A stretch of DNA of 64,000 bases from Mobula hypostoma (lineage: Eukaryota), in the NCBI RefSeq assembly GCF_963921235.1, contig NC_086108.1:37884001-37948000 (forward strand), in the 5' to 3' direction. A program made the position numbers and the translations under genes. The notes beneath the pieces are model-generated. The model had not been told where the DNA came from. It saw nothing but the letters and a program-made list of their open reading frames with translations, and ran no database searches. The first letter of the stretch is position 1; each line of letters begins with the position of its first letter. This document shows positions 41,063 to 53,311 of the stretch, in pieces.

Positions 41063-41408
41063 GTGCTCCGATAAAGACCTTGGTCCCTTGGGGAAAGTAA
41101 CGAATAATTATACCAAATTTATTTTGAATCCCATGCAGCATGTGGAAACCTTCCAATACCCAGACGGTTCTTTTCTTTTTTCTCTCTTTCTTTCTTTTTA
41201 GCTAGGACTATATATATGGGGGGGGGAGGGTTAAGGGGAGGGGGGAGGGTAGATTTTATCTTTTCATGTATTCTTTTCGAAAACTCAATAAAAATTATAT
41301 TACAAAAAAAAAGAAGAAATCATGGAAGAATGTCAATTCAGGGAGGGTATGTGGGAAAATCTGATTCAGGTTAGAATTTTGGTGGAGGAAGTATTTGATT
41401 TCTTAGGA

Positions 41409-42616
41409 CAGGGGTCCCCAACCCTTTTTGCAGTGCGGACCGGTTTCATGTTGACAATATTCTTGCGGACCAGCGGACCGGCTGACGGGGGGGGGGGGCG
41501 GGGGCGGGATGGTTGCCAATGGACAAAAGTAGCAGTCAAATACGTTGCGTTTACCTAGAGAAAGACTACAATGACCATGAAGCCTTGCGCGGGCACCAGT
41601 GTGTATGCGTTATTTGCGCATGCGCTCTCGTGTCAATTATTTTTCTACAAATCGTTTTTGGCGATTCTGTTAGGAGGGGGGTGTTAATCACGACCGGAGT
41701 ATTGGTGATAAGTGGCTAATACAATCAATTTCATTTCTAAAAGGCTTTATCTAACGAATTTAATATTAAATACACAGCGCATATTTTCCTCGCATAAATA
41801 TAGTGATAAGTCAATTATCAGGGGAGGACAGGGGAGCTTGAAGTAAATGTTGAACAAACTTCCAATAGAAGTGGTAGAGGTAGGTTCGATATTATCATTT
41901 AAATAAAAATCGGACAGGCATATGCACAGGAAAGGAATGGAGGGTTATGGGCTGAGTGCAGGTCGGTGGGACTAGGTGAGAGTAGCGTTCGGCACGGACT
42001 AGAAGGGCAGAGATGGCCTGTTTCCGTGCTGTAATTGTTATATGGTTATATAAGTCAATAGCATCATAACATTTTAAGAAACGTTTGGATATTAAACACA
42101 CAGCGCATATTTTCCCCGTATGAATTTATAAAATCATTGCAACACACCAATATCGCTGAATCAGTGGGAGCCCTGGGCTTGCTTTCCTGCAACAAGACGG
42201 TCCTATCGAGGGGTGATGGAGGACAGCGATACTCGAACGGGGTTCCTTATGTCCAGTCTAATCCGCAATTTAGTTTTTGTTACACTCATCGCAGAGATAT
42301 GTTGGAAATGGAAGCTACGTTTTCGGTGTTTCCGTGGCTGTCTCAGGATATTGAGCCTTGACTTTGATCCAGAATGCCGGCAGAGATGTTATGTCAAACA
42401 GACTTTTCAGCTCGCCATCATTTGCAAGCTCGAGGAGTTGAGCTCCTTCCCACGCTGAAATGGATGACGCGTGGGTAATGGCTAAACAGTGCGTGACAGG
42501 GAATGAGGAAAGATGCAGCTGACTCATGTCGCCAAATCATATCGTTTCCTCGCGGCCCGGTAGCGCATGCTCTGCGACCCGGTCCCGGTCCGCGGCCCGG
42601 TGGTTGGGGACCACTG
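41409..42616 (-). mobile_element. Non-autonomous hAT (Charlie/Buster-like) element, copy 2 (1208 bp)
   Basis: TIRs caggggtccccaacc / ggttggggaccactg, perfect 8-bp TSD tcttagga (41401-41408 and 42617-42624), remnant LLELANDGELKSLFDITSLPAFWIKVKAQYPE. Confidence 0.94.
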
Positions 42617-43257
42617 TCTTAGGACATATAAAGATTGTTAAAACCTCAGGGTTGTCTTCTATCCCAGGTCACTAGGGGAAACAAGAGAAGAGATATCTGG
42701 GGCCCTTTCAATCATTTTTGCATTTTCATTAGCCATAGATAAGGAGCCAAAGGACTGGAGGATAGCTCATGTTTTCCTTTATTTAAGGACAGCAGAGATA
42801 TAGCCAGATAACTCCAGGCTACTTAGTCTTACGTCAGTGGTAGTAAAATCATTGGCATGGCATGAGAGGATATGACCTAATGCTGGCAACTGGAATTAGT
42901 ATAGAATTACAAAAAAGTCATCATGGATATGGTGGGCAAACGACCCGCTGCTCTGCTGTATGATTCAATGACTCTGCTTCTCTTCTGTTATTTCAGTTTG
43001 TTGGAAAGACTCTAGATCCACTGGAAGATGAGAATGTATGCTTTTGATTGTACTTTTGATGACTTTAACCCGACCTAAAATGCCTATTAAGTACTGTCTA
43101 TAGTGCCTTCACCACCTTAATAAATGCATCATCCTACATGTGTACAGCAAGCTCCGATAAAAATCAATAAAACAAGAAACAGATGATCTATTTTTGGTTT
43201 TAATTAAGGGATACACCTGATTTTCCCTCAATGCTCTTCTTTGGTGAATCTTTAGGG

Positions 43258-44735
43258 TCATAGAACACTACAGTGCTGAAACAGGCCCCTTTGGCTCATC
43301 TGGTTCATGCCAAACCATTAAGGTACCTAGTCCCATCAATCTGCGCCCGAACCATACCCCTCCATATCCCTCCCTTCCATGTACCTATCCAAACTCACCT
43401 TAAATGTTGAAATCAACACTGCATTCATCAATTCATCATTTGTGCTGACAGTTGGTTCCACACTCTCACCACCCATCATATTCCCCTTAAACATTTCACC
43501 TTTCACCCTTAACTCATGACTTCTAGTTCTAGTCTCACCCTATCTCAGTGGAAAAAAACCTGCTTACATTTACCCTGTCTATACCCCTCATAATTTTGTA
43601 TACTTCTATCAGATCTCCCCTCAATCTTCGACGTTCTATAGAATAGAACCTATTCCAATTTTCCATATAACTCAGGTCCTCAAATCCCAGCAATATCCTT
43701 GTAATTTTTCGCTATACTCTTTCAGTATTATTTACATCTTTCCTATAGGTAAGTGACCAAAACTGCACACAATACTCTAAATTAGACCTCATCAGTGTCT
43801 TATACAATTTCAACAAAACATCCCAACTCCTGTACTCAGTACAATGATTTAGGAAGGACAATGTGCCCGATGCTTTCTTCACAACCCTATCTACCTGTGG
43901 CACCACTTACAAGGAATTATGAATTCCCAGATCCCTCTGTTCTACCCCACTCCTCAGTGCACTACTGCTCACCATGTAAGACCTATTGTGTTTGGTCCTC
44001 CCAAAGTGCAAAACCTCACACACATCTGCATTAAATTCCATCTGCCATTGTTCAGCCCATTTCACCAACTGGTCTAGATCCCACTGCAATCTTTGATAGT
44101 CTTCCTCGTTGTCCACTACTCCTCTGAAGTTGGTGTCAACTGCAAATTTGCTGATCCAGTTAGCCACATTTTCATCCAGAACACTGATATAGGTAACAAA
44201 CAACAGTGGACCCAGCACTGATCCTGGCTGCACACGACTAGTCACAGGCCTCCAGTCAGAGTGGCAACCATCTATAACCACTCTCTGGTATCTTCTGCGA
44301 AGCCAATGTCTAATCTAATTTACTACCTCATCTTGAATGCCAAGTGACTGAATGTCCTTGACCAACCGCCCATGTGGGACCTTGTCAAAGGCCTTGTTAA
44401 AGGCAATGTAGACAATATCCACTGCAATACACAAAATGCTGGAGGAACTCAGAAGGCCAGGCAGCATCTATGGAAAAAAGTACAGTTAATGTTTTGGGCC
44501 TAAACCCTTTGGCAAGACTGAACACCCACTCCCTTGCCTTCAGCAACTTTCCTGGAAACTTCCTCGAAAAACTCCATAAGATAGAGTTAGATGCGACTTA
44601 CACAAAGCCAAGTTGACTATCACTAATTAGTCCCTCTCTATCTTACATATCTGTTCCCTTAGAATGCCTTCCAATAGCTTTTCCACTACTGATGTCAGGT
44701 TCAATGGCCTATAATTCCCTGGCTTATTCTTAGAG
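43258..44735 (-). mobile_element. CR1 LINE fragment with a short Penelope pseudo-LTR piece at about 44428-44522
   Basis: VQPGSVLGPLLF, FAVDT, LEYCVQFWS on the minus strand, CR1 tail at 43258. Confidence 0.88.
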
Positions 44736-45244
44736 TTAGACCTTCTCCAATGGTGCAGCATCCCTAAAACGTAAAGGCCATAAAAATTTTAAGATGAAAG
44801 GTGTATCCTGATATTTACCATCCTGAATACGTAACACTTGATATCACACTGTAGCTTATTAATGCATGCCACAGTGTGGTTTATTTGGAATACAGAGTCT
44901 TTTGACTTGAACACAACTATAAAAGATACTGTGCCAACAAGTCCCAATTAGACAGAATGTCCATTTCCACTCCCACTGGTTAAAGAAGGAAGATTAATAA
45001 GAACACCAGGGATTCACACAGCCACCTGAATATGCAAATGCAACCTAATTTTCGTGTCTAATTAAAAGTTGACATAATTAGCTCAACATTTGCTCAGCAC
45101 CTCACAACAGCGTCAGCCTAAATTTTGCCCTGATATTCTGATATAGGGTTTAGATTAACTAATACAATATACTTAGAGGCATGATAGAATTGCCTATAAT
45201 TTTAGAAAAATGAAGCTAATACTTTATATATAAAAAAGCACTTA

Positions 45245-45364
<120 letters not shown>

Positions 45365-45629
45365 TCATATGAAAAATATAAAGTGTGCAACTAGAATTGC
45401 ATAGATTTGTCTATTAATACATTAGTCAAAAGATTTCGTACTTGATTAATCATGCATATAAACTTCAACTTTCCCGACTCTGCAAAGCACTTTCAGTGAC
45501 ACTGTCCTGCTGAATGAGGCATAAACAAGGAATTAACCAATTATTATTAACTTCTCCGAAGCTGGAAATTCAGAATATCTACTAGCTAATGTTTTGCATG
45601 CAGTTATGAAATTCAGGCTATAGCATAAA

Positions 45630-45870
45630 TAACACTGACTATGGTCCCTTGATGAGGAAGTCAAAAAGGGAGGTATGGAAGTCCAGGTTTCAGAACTTGT
45701 TGATCAGTACTGAGGGTATGATAGTGTTGAACGCTGAGTTATAATCAATAAACAGCAGCCTGAGGAGGGTATTGCTATTGTCCAGGTGAAAAGCCAGCAA
45801 GATTGGATCCACTGTAGGCTTATTGTAGAGATAGGTAAATTTCAGAGGGTCCAGATCCTTGTTTAAGTCT
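45630..45870 (-). mobile_element. Rex1/Babar RT fragment
   Basis: LRLLFIDYNSAFNTIIPS in ORF 45690..45926. Confidence 0.75.
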
Positions 45871-46549
45871 ATTGTATAATCTCTTCGGAGTGATTGCAAT
45901 TTAAAAGCCTCACAAAATATGTTCATGCTTAGTAAACCATATCAATAGACTAAGCCATGGTCAGCCACTATTTAACATGGAAAGAAAACTTTAGTTTATG
46001 AACTTCATATATTTAAATACATGACAGATTATCACTTCAATAATGAAAGCTATGATAGTAAATTACTTTAAGAATAAGGTGCCAGAAGTGTCAGACTGAA
46101 TGAGCTAACTATAGTTTAAAATGTTTCCATTGACTCCTTAGTATTGCCAAAATAATAATTTGTACATTTGTACAAGATGACATCTCATTAGCAAAAACTC
46201 TCAGATGACCAAGAGAGAGGTATTGACCCTTGTCGTTCTGTTCCTTCTGCTGTTGCCATGTGTGCTGCATTAAATTACTGGAGTTTAATTGGAATGATGA
46301 CAGTCTCTCAATTTGCTTTACCGATGACCTACTGAGAAGGAGGCTCCTCTTTTCAATGCAAAAGAGAATTTACATTTCAATTCAAATGGAAAACACTGGA
46401 AATACTCAGCAGGGCAGACACCATTTGTGAAAAGAGAAAAAGAGTGTTAATAATTTCAGTCAAAGAACTGTCATCAGCACTCATATTCTTATGAGTGTTA
46501 GGATGTTCCAGCACTTATCAGGGAAGAGTGTTCTGTAGAGGTGGAATCA

Positions 46550-46790
46550 CCATTGGAAGTGCAACAGTTAGCTCCCACAAACAACAATGAAACAGTGAAC
46601 TAACAACAGATTTTTCATGGCTGGTCAAAGGCAAAGTATTGGCTGGGGAAGTGAGGAAATTTCCCATGCTCTTCTTTGAAATAGTTTAAAAATAATTTTC
46701 CTTTATTACCTGAGAGAGCAGATGGGACCTTGGTTCAATACTTCACGAGAAAGTTTGCAACCCCAACAAGGGAGCAGTGAGCAGTATGCT
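46550..46790 (-). mobile_element. Deu-domain SINE remnant (SacSINE1/AmnSINE1-like); a Penelope scrap lies at about 46380-46485
   Basis: agctcccacaaacaacaatg...tattggctgggga...tgctcttctttgaaatagt...acctgagagagcagatgggaccttggttcaa. Confidence 0.62.
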
Positions 46791-47712
46791 GCCTTCGAGC
46801 CACAGCTGAAACTTGCCGTTGACTTGAAATTTGCGAACATGTGATGATATGCTCACTCAGTCACGCTGAAAAATTGTAAGAGGCCGTGCACGCTTCTGGC
46901 GATTGAGAGAATTCTTTGCTTTTGGATCGACTCTGAACCGCAATAATCGTTCCTTCACTGTCGACTTAATTTTTCAAGCTGCTCTTGCTTCCTCCAAGAG
47001 GTGGACATGTTTACTCCAGCCGTGTAAGCAGCCACAGTAGTCTTGGTTATAGAATCATAGAAAACTGCATCACAGAAACAGGCCCTTTGGCCCATCTAGT
47101 CTGTGCTGAACCATTTAAACTGCCTACTCCCATCGACTTGCACCGGGACCATAGCCCTCCATACTGCTACCATCCATGTACTTATCCAAATTTCTCTTTA
47201 ATATTGAAATCGGACTCACATACACCACTTGCACTGGCAGCTCAAATCACACTCTCATGACCCTCTGAATGAAGAAGTTTCCCCTCATGTTCCCCTTAAA
47301 CCTCACCTTTCACACTTCACCCATGACCTCCAGTTATAGCTCCAGCCAACCTCAGTGGAAAAAGCCTGTTTGCATTTACCCAAACTATACCCTTCTTAAT
47401 TTTGTATACCTCTGTCAAATCTCCCCTCAATCTTCTGTGTTCCAAGGAATAAAGTCCTAACCTATTCGATCTTTCCTTATAACTCAGGTCCTCTAGTCCT
47501 GGCGATGTCCTTGTAATTTTTTTTCTGCGCTCTTTCAATCTTATTTTACATTTTTCCTCTAGGTAGGCAACCAAAACTGCACACAATATTCCAAACTAGA
47601 CCTCACTAATGTCTTATACAACTTCAACATAACGTCCTATCTCCTGTACTCAACACTTTGATTTATGAAGGCCAAAATGCCAAAAACGTTCAAAACAACC
47701 CTATCTACCTGT

Positions 47713-47925
47713 AGGCCAGCTGGTGGCGTAGTGGCATCAGCGCCGGACTTCGGAGTGAAGGCTCCTGAGTTCAAGTCCAGCCGACTCCCTTGTATGGTTT
47801 CTATCCGTGCTGGGTTGAGCGCCGAGCTAGCAACTCGGACTCGTAAAAATAAGAAAGCCTGCTAAAAAAAACGCTGTCATGATGGCATCCCGATGACTCT
47901 ACTTGGAGTTAAAGGCTTCTATCTT
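47713..47925 (+). mobile_element. tRNA-headed SINE with the same head and core as 16738-16950 but a different tail
   Basis: 12-bp TSD ctatctacctgt (47701-47712 and 47926-47937), A box tggcgtagtgg, B box gagttcaagtcc. Confidence 0.88.
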
Positions 47926-48103
47926 CTATCTACCTGTGATGCCACTTTCAAGGAATTATGGATCTGTATTCCCAGATCTCTTTGCTCTACAGCACTCCTC
48001 AGTGCCCTACCATTACTGTGTTGGTCTTACCAAAGTCCAACACCTCACACCTGCCTGCATTAAATTCCATCTACCATTATTCAGACCACTTTCCAGCTGG
48101 TCA

Positions 48104-48712
48104 AGATTAGATTAGATTAGATTATGAGAACACGCAGTCCTCTTCTATTGTCGTTCAGTAATGCATGCATTAAGAAATAATACAATATTCCTCCGGTATG
48201 ATATCACAGAAACACAGGACAGACCAAGACTGAAAAACTGACAAAAACCACATAATTATAACATGTAGTTACAACAGTGCAAGCAATACCGTAACTTGAT
48301 GAAGAACAGGCCATGAGCACAGTAAAAAAGTTCAAAGTCTTTCAAAAGTCCCACATCTCATGCAGACGGGAGAAGGAAGAAAACTCTCCCTGCCACACCC
48401 GACCACAGTCCGACTCTGAGTCGTCCGAAAACTTCGGGCTCTGACCAGCCCTCCGACACCGAGTACCAAGGACCATCTCTGCCGAGCTCCTTGACCCCAG
48501 ACCCGGCCGCCAGCAGCAGGCAAAGACGAGGATTTTGGGGTCTTCCCTCCAGAGATTCTCAATCGCACAGTAGCAGCGGAAGCGACCCGGGCATTTCAGA
48601 AGTTACTCCAGATGTTCCTCCGTGCTTCTCACGGCTGTCTCCATTAAATCAGAATTGTGCACGGTACCCTATTTAACAAATACGATATAATTTCACCGGA
48701 CAGGCTGCGCGC
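48104..48712 (-). mobile_element. About 600-bp non-coding retroposon with a (tctaa)n tail, unclassified
   Basis: Interrupts the CR1 at ggtcaagat|...|aagctctgata. (attag)n at its left end, GC-rich body, no tRNA boxes seen. Confidence 0.7.
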
Positions 48713-50993
48713 AAGCTCTGATAATCTTCCTCACTGTCCACTACACCCCCAAACTTGGTATCCACAAATTTGCTGATCTAGTTAATGACATTATCATCCA
48801 GATGATTGATATAGACGGCAAACAATAACGGACCCAGCACTGATCTCTGCGGCACTCCACTAGTCACAGGCCTCCAGTCAGAGTGGTAGCTATGTACTAC
48901 CACCCTCTGGCTGCTCTGCTAGCAAGTCGGCTGAACAGATGGTTGAAAGGCTGTATTAACAAGGTAAAATAGAAACTTAGTGATAGTTCTTGGGAGTCCC
49001 AACAGTTGGGATTTCGGTCAGCAAACACATGGTAATCATAACCTGTCCATTGCTACTTATAAATAACCTTAAGGACTGTGATATCGACATCATATTGAGA
49101 TCAATATTGACACTAAGATTGTGGCAACAGAATCCAAGTTCACTGCAGAGTATAACAATCAGAAATCTTAGACGTTGGATTGTTTCTGCATAAAGCAAGA
49201 GACAATTGAGGAGTTACTAGGGAAGAGTAATATTTTCCTGATGCTTCATAGTTGAATGGATTTGGGCTGCAACCAATCACTGAGAGGGAGTGCGTAAATA
49301 AAGCGCCCTTTTCAATCAGATCCGCAATCACAATTTAAAAGGCAGAGCTTCGCGGCAGTTTCTTGGAGATGGGTGTGACCAATCACTGAGAGGGATTCAT
49401 TAGAACGGGTGAATAAAAATGACACAAGGGCAAGCGAAGTGGCCATTCTTTTGAGTGTGCCAGTGTTTAGAGTGGCTTGGGCTTATCAGGCTTAGACGAG
49501 ATCAGGTTTCGGCAAGGTAAATTAACTGGTAAGTTTCTCTTTTTTTGCTCAGATTGGTTTATTCGTCATCTCTTAGGGCAGAGGAGATTCGTAAGAATGG
49601 CTCCAGGGACAGTGTTTTGTACTATGTGGGACGTCTGGGAGTCCTCCAGTCTCCTGGATAAACACATCTGCACCTGGTGGACGGAGCTACAATTCCTGAG
49701 AGAACATATTCAGGAACTGGAGCTGCAGTTCAATGACATTTGACTCATATGGGAGAATGAGGAGGTGATAGATAGGGGCTACAGAGAGATAGTCACCCCT
49801 AGGATGCAGGAAACAGGTGACTGTCAGGAGAAGGATGGGAAATGCACAGCCAGTGCAGAGGACAGCTGTGGCCATTCCCCTCAGTGATAAATATACAACT
49901 TTAGATACTGTTGAAAGAAACAACCTGCCAGAGGGGAGCCACAGTGACTGGGTCTCTAGCACAGAGTCTGGTGCTGTGGCACAGAAGAGCAGAGAGGTGA
50001 AGAGAGTTGCCCTGATGATAGGATATTCCATAGTCAGCCTACAGGGATGAGATTCAGTAGGTACGATAGAGACACCCAGATGTAATGTTGTCTCCCTGGT
50101 ACCAGGGTCAGGGGCATCACTGATTGGGTCCATGGCATTCTCAAGGATGAGGGTGAGCAGCCAGAAGTCTTGGTACATATTGGCACCAATGAAATTGGTA
50201 GACAAAGTGAAGAGGTCCTGAAGAGAGACTTTAGGGAGCTAGGAAGAAAACTGAAGAATTGGACCTCCAGGACAGTAATCTGTGGATTGCTGCTTGTGCA
50301 ACACACCAGTAAAGACAAGAAGAGGATGATATAGCAAGTGAATGCATGGCTGAGAACTGGGGCAGAGGGATGGGGTTCAGCTTTATGGATCCTTGGGATC
50401 TATTCTGGGGGAGGTATGACCTGTATAAAAGGGATGGGATACACCTTAACCTGAGGGAGACCAATATTCTTGCGGGCAGGTTTGCTAGAGTTCTTCAGGA
50501 GGGTTTAAACTAATTTGGCAGGGGGATAGGAACTGGAGTGATAGTGCAGAGGTGAGGTAGTTGGTTTACAAACAGAGGTAGTGTGTAGTGAGACTCTTAG
50601 CAAGGAGAGGCAGATGATAAGGCAAAATTGCAGTCAACAGGATGAGTCGAAAAGGGTGAATATGGGACTGAAAGTGTTATATTTGAGTGCGCACAGTGAA
50701 AGGAATAAGGTAGATGAACAGTTACCGATTGGCATGTATGATGTTGTAGGCATCACTGAATCACGGCTGAAAGGAACACATACCAATCCTCATAGATGGA
50801 TCAGAAGTGGAGAGAGTGAGTAGCTTCAAGTTCCTGGGTGTCAAGATCTCTGAGGATCTAACCTGGTCCCAACATATTGAATTTAAAAAAAAACGCAAAC
50901 AACGGGAATTCTGCAGATGCTGGAATTTCAAGCAACACACATCAAAGTTGCTGGTGAACGCAGCAGGCCAGGCAGCATCTCTAGGAAGAGGTA

Positions 50994-51035
50994 CAGTCGA
51001 CGTTTCAGGCCGAGACCCTTCGTCGGGACTAACTG
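50994..51035 (-). ncRNA. Hammerhead motif with a core substitution (CCGACGA instead of CUGACGA)
   Basis: Plus strand cgtcgggact versus cgtcaggact in the 58136 copy. Confidence 0.6.
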
Positions 51036-51942
51036 AAGGAAGAGTTAGTAAGAGATTTGAAAGTGGGAGGGGAAGGAGAGATCCAAAATGATAGGAGAAG
51101 ACAGGAGGGGGAGGGATGGAGCCAAGAGCTGGACAGGTGATTGGCAAAGGGGATATGAGAGGATCAAGGGACAGGAGGTCAGGGGAGAAAGACGGTGGGG
51201 GGGGGGATCCCAGAGGATGGGCAAGGGGTATATTCAGAGGTACAGAGGGAGAAAAAGGAGAGTGAGAGAAAGAATGTGTGTATAAAAATAAATAACGGAT
51301 GAGGTACGAGGGGGAGGTGGGGCATTAGCGGAAGTTAGAGAAGTCGATGTTCATGCCATCAGGTTGGAGGCTACCCAGATGGAATATAAGGTGTTGTTCC
51401 TCCAACCTGAGTGTGGCTTCATCTTTACAGTATAGAGAAAGCAGGATCTCCCAGTGGCCGCTCTGTCTGCCAGAGAAAGCAGGATCTCCCAGTGGCCACA
51501 CATTTTAATTCCACGTCCCATTCCCATTCTGACATGTCTATCCACGGCCTCCTCTACTGTCAAGATGAAGCCACACTCAGGAACAATACCTTATATTCCG
51601 TCTGGGTAGACTCCAACCTGATGGCATGAACATCGACTTCTCTAACTTCCGCTAATGCCCCACCTCCCCCTCGTACCCCATCCGTTATTTATTTTTATAC
51701 ACACATTCTTTCTCTCACTCTCCTTTTTCTCCCTCTGTCCTTCTGACTATACCCCTTGCCCATCCTCTGGGATCCCCCCCCTTGTCTTTCTCCCCTAACC
51801 TCCTGTCCCATGATCCTCTCATATCCCCTTTGCCAATCACCTGTCCAGCTCTTGGCTCCATCCCTCCCCCTCCTGTCTTCTCCTATCATTTTGGATCTCC
51901 CCCTCCCCCTCCCACTTTCAAATCTCTTACTAACTCTTCCTT

Positions 51943-51984
51943 CAGTTAGTCCTGACGAAGGGTCTAGGCCTGAAACGTCAACTG
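51943..51984 (+). ncRNA. Minimal hammerhead motif (core intact, stem I mismatch)
   Basis: cagttagtcCTGACGAagggtctaggcctGAAAcGTCaactg. Confidence 0.7.
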
Positions 51985-52964
51985 CACCTCTTCCTAGAGA
52001 TGCTGCCTGGCCTGCTGCATTCACAGGCAACTTTGATGAGTGTTGTCCCAACATACTGATGTAGTTATAAAGAAGGCAAGACAGTGGCTATACGTTATTA
52101 GGAGTTTGAAGAGATTTGGCATGTCAACAAATATACTCAAAAACTTCTATAGTTGTACCATGCAGAGCATTCTGACAGGCTGCATCACTGTCTGGTATGG
52201 AGGGGCTACTGCACAGGACCGAAAGAAGCTGCAGAAGGTTGTAAATCTAGTCTGCTCCATCTTGAGTACTAGCCTACAAAATACCCAGGACATCTTTAGG
52301 GAGCGGTGTCTCAGAAAGGCAGCAGACATTATTAAGGACCTCCAGCACCCAGGGCATGCCTTTTTCTCACTGTTACCATCAGGCAGGAGGTACAGAAGAC
52401 TGAAGGCACACACTCAGTGATTCAGGAACAGCTTCTTCCCCTCTGCCATCCGATTCTTAAATGGACATTGAATCTTTGGACACTAACTCACTTTTTTTAA
52501 ATATACAGTATTTCTGTTTTTAGAAACGTAGAAACATAGAAAACCTACAGCACAATACAGGCCCTTCGGCCCACAAAGCTGTGCTGAACATGTCCTTACC
52601 TTAGAAATTACCTAGGGTTACCCATAGCCCTCTATTTTTCTGAGCTCTGTTTTTGCACGCTTTTTAAAAAATCTATTCAATATACGTAATTGATTTACTT
52701 GTTTATTTATTATTGTTGTTTTTATTTCTTTTATTATTATTATTATTTTTCTCTCTGCTAGATTATGTATTCCATTGAACTGCTGCTGCGAAGTTAACAA
52801 ATTTCGTGTCAAATGCCGGTGATAATAAACCTGATTCCGATTCTGAAGTAGATTACAGCTGGGAGCGTAACATCCAAGGATACACATGATATTGAAAGGA
52901 CAGGCAGGTAGGCAGAGGGGGTGGCATGGCTCTGCTGGAAAAAATGAAATCAAAACATTAGAAC

Positions 52965-53311
52965 TTTGGGGGTGTCTCGGGGCGACTTGAGTAGCAGCAG
53001 CAGATTAAATATGCTTGTTTCAGCCTGATACAGATAAAAAGCACAACAGCTTCCAAGGTCAACACGAAGCTGTCCTAATGCATTTAAATGAACTATCCCT
53101 GCTTAAAATTGACAGGAGCAACACTGATTGTGGACAGAAGTGTCCGCGTTGGATTCCACGGAGGAAGCATGGATCAGGGATACAAGTGAGTTTAAGGAAA
53201 CACGGTTTGAAACTCTCAATACCAACTATCTTGCTGGAAAACGTGCAGTCTCTGGTGAATAAAATCGATGATCTCAGAGTTAGGGTGTTAAATCAGAGGG
53301 ACATTAGGACC
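52965..53311 (+). mobile_element. 5' end fragment of a Rex1/Babar LINE (start of APE)
   Basis: RRKHGSGIQVSLRKHGLKLSIPTILLENVQSLVNKIDDLR in ORF 53015..53341. Confidence 0.7.

Larger units (their letters stand above)
35569..41310 (+). mobile_element. Full-length L1-clade LINE (5742 bp), antisense to KCNT2, inserted into an old CR1 remnant
   Basis: 15-bp TSD aagaagaaatcatgg (35554-35568 and 41311-41325), G-run 5' end, ORF1 and ORF2, G-rich 3' tract, aataaa and A tail. Confidence 0.96.
47048..48915 (-). mobile_element. CR1 LINE fragment containing two nested insertions
   Basis: CR1 tail tagaatcataga at 47050, LGLYSLEHRRLRGDL. The CR1 reading resumes at 48713. Confidence 0.88.
50881..52044. mobile_element. 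Foldback Penelope element made almost entirely of two inverted pseudo-LTRs
   Basis: About 50935-51432 is the reverse complement of about 51555-52044. 15-bp TSD gtcccaacata(t/c)tga (50866-50880 and 52045-52059). Confidence 0.92.
50774..52845 (+). mobile_element. Rex1/Babar 3' fragment inserted in the CR1 endonuclease and split by a Penelope element and a CR1 tail (52521-52645, minus, TSD tctgttttt)
   Basis: ERVSSFKFLGVKISEDLTWSQH, continuing as IKKARQWLY..FYSCTMQSILTGCIT. Tail aataaacctgattccgattctga. Confidence 0.9.

Noticed and set aside
31389..42616. Local segmental duplication or assembly error explaining the two ~1.2-kb similar blocks
   Set aside because: Similarity stops at the TIRs and each copy has its own distinct 8-bp TSD.
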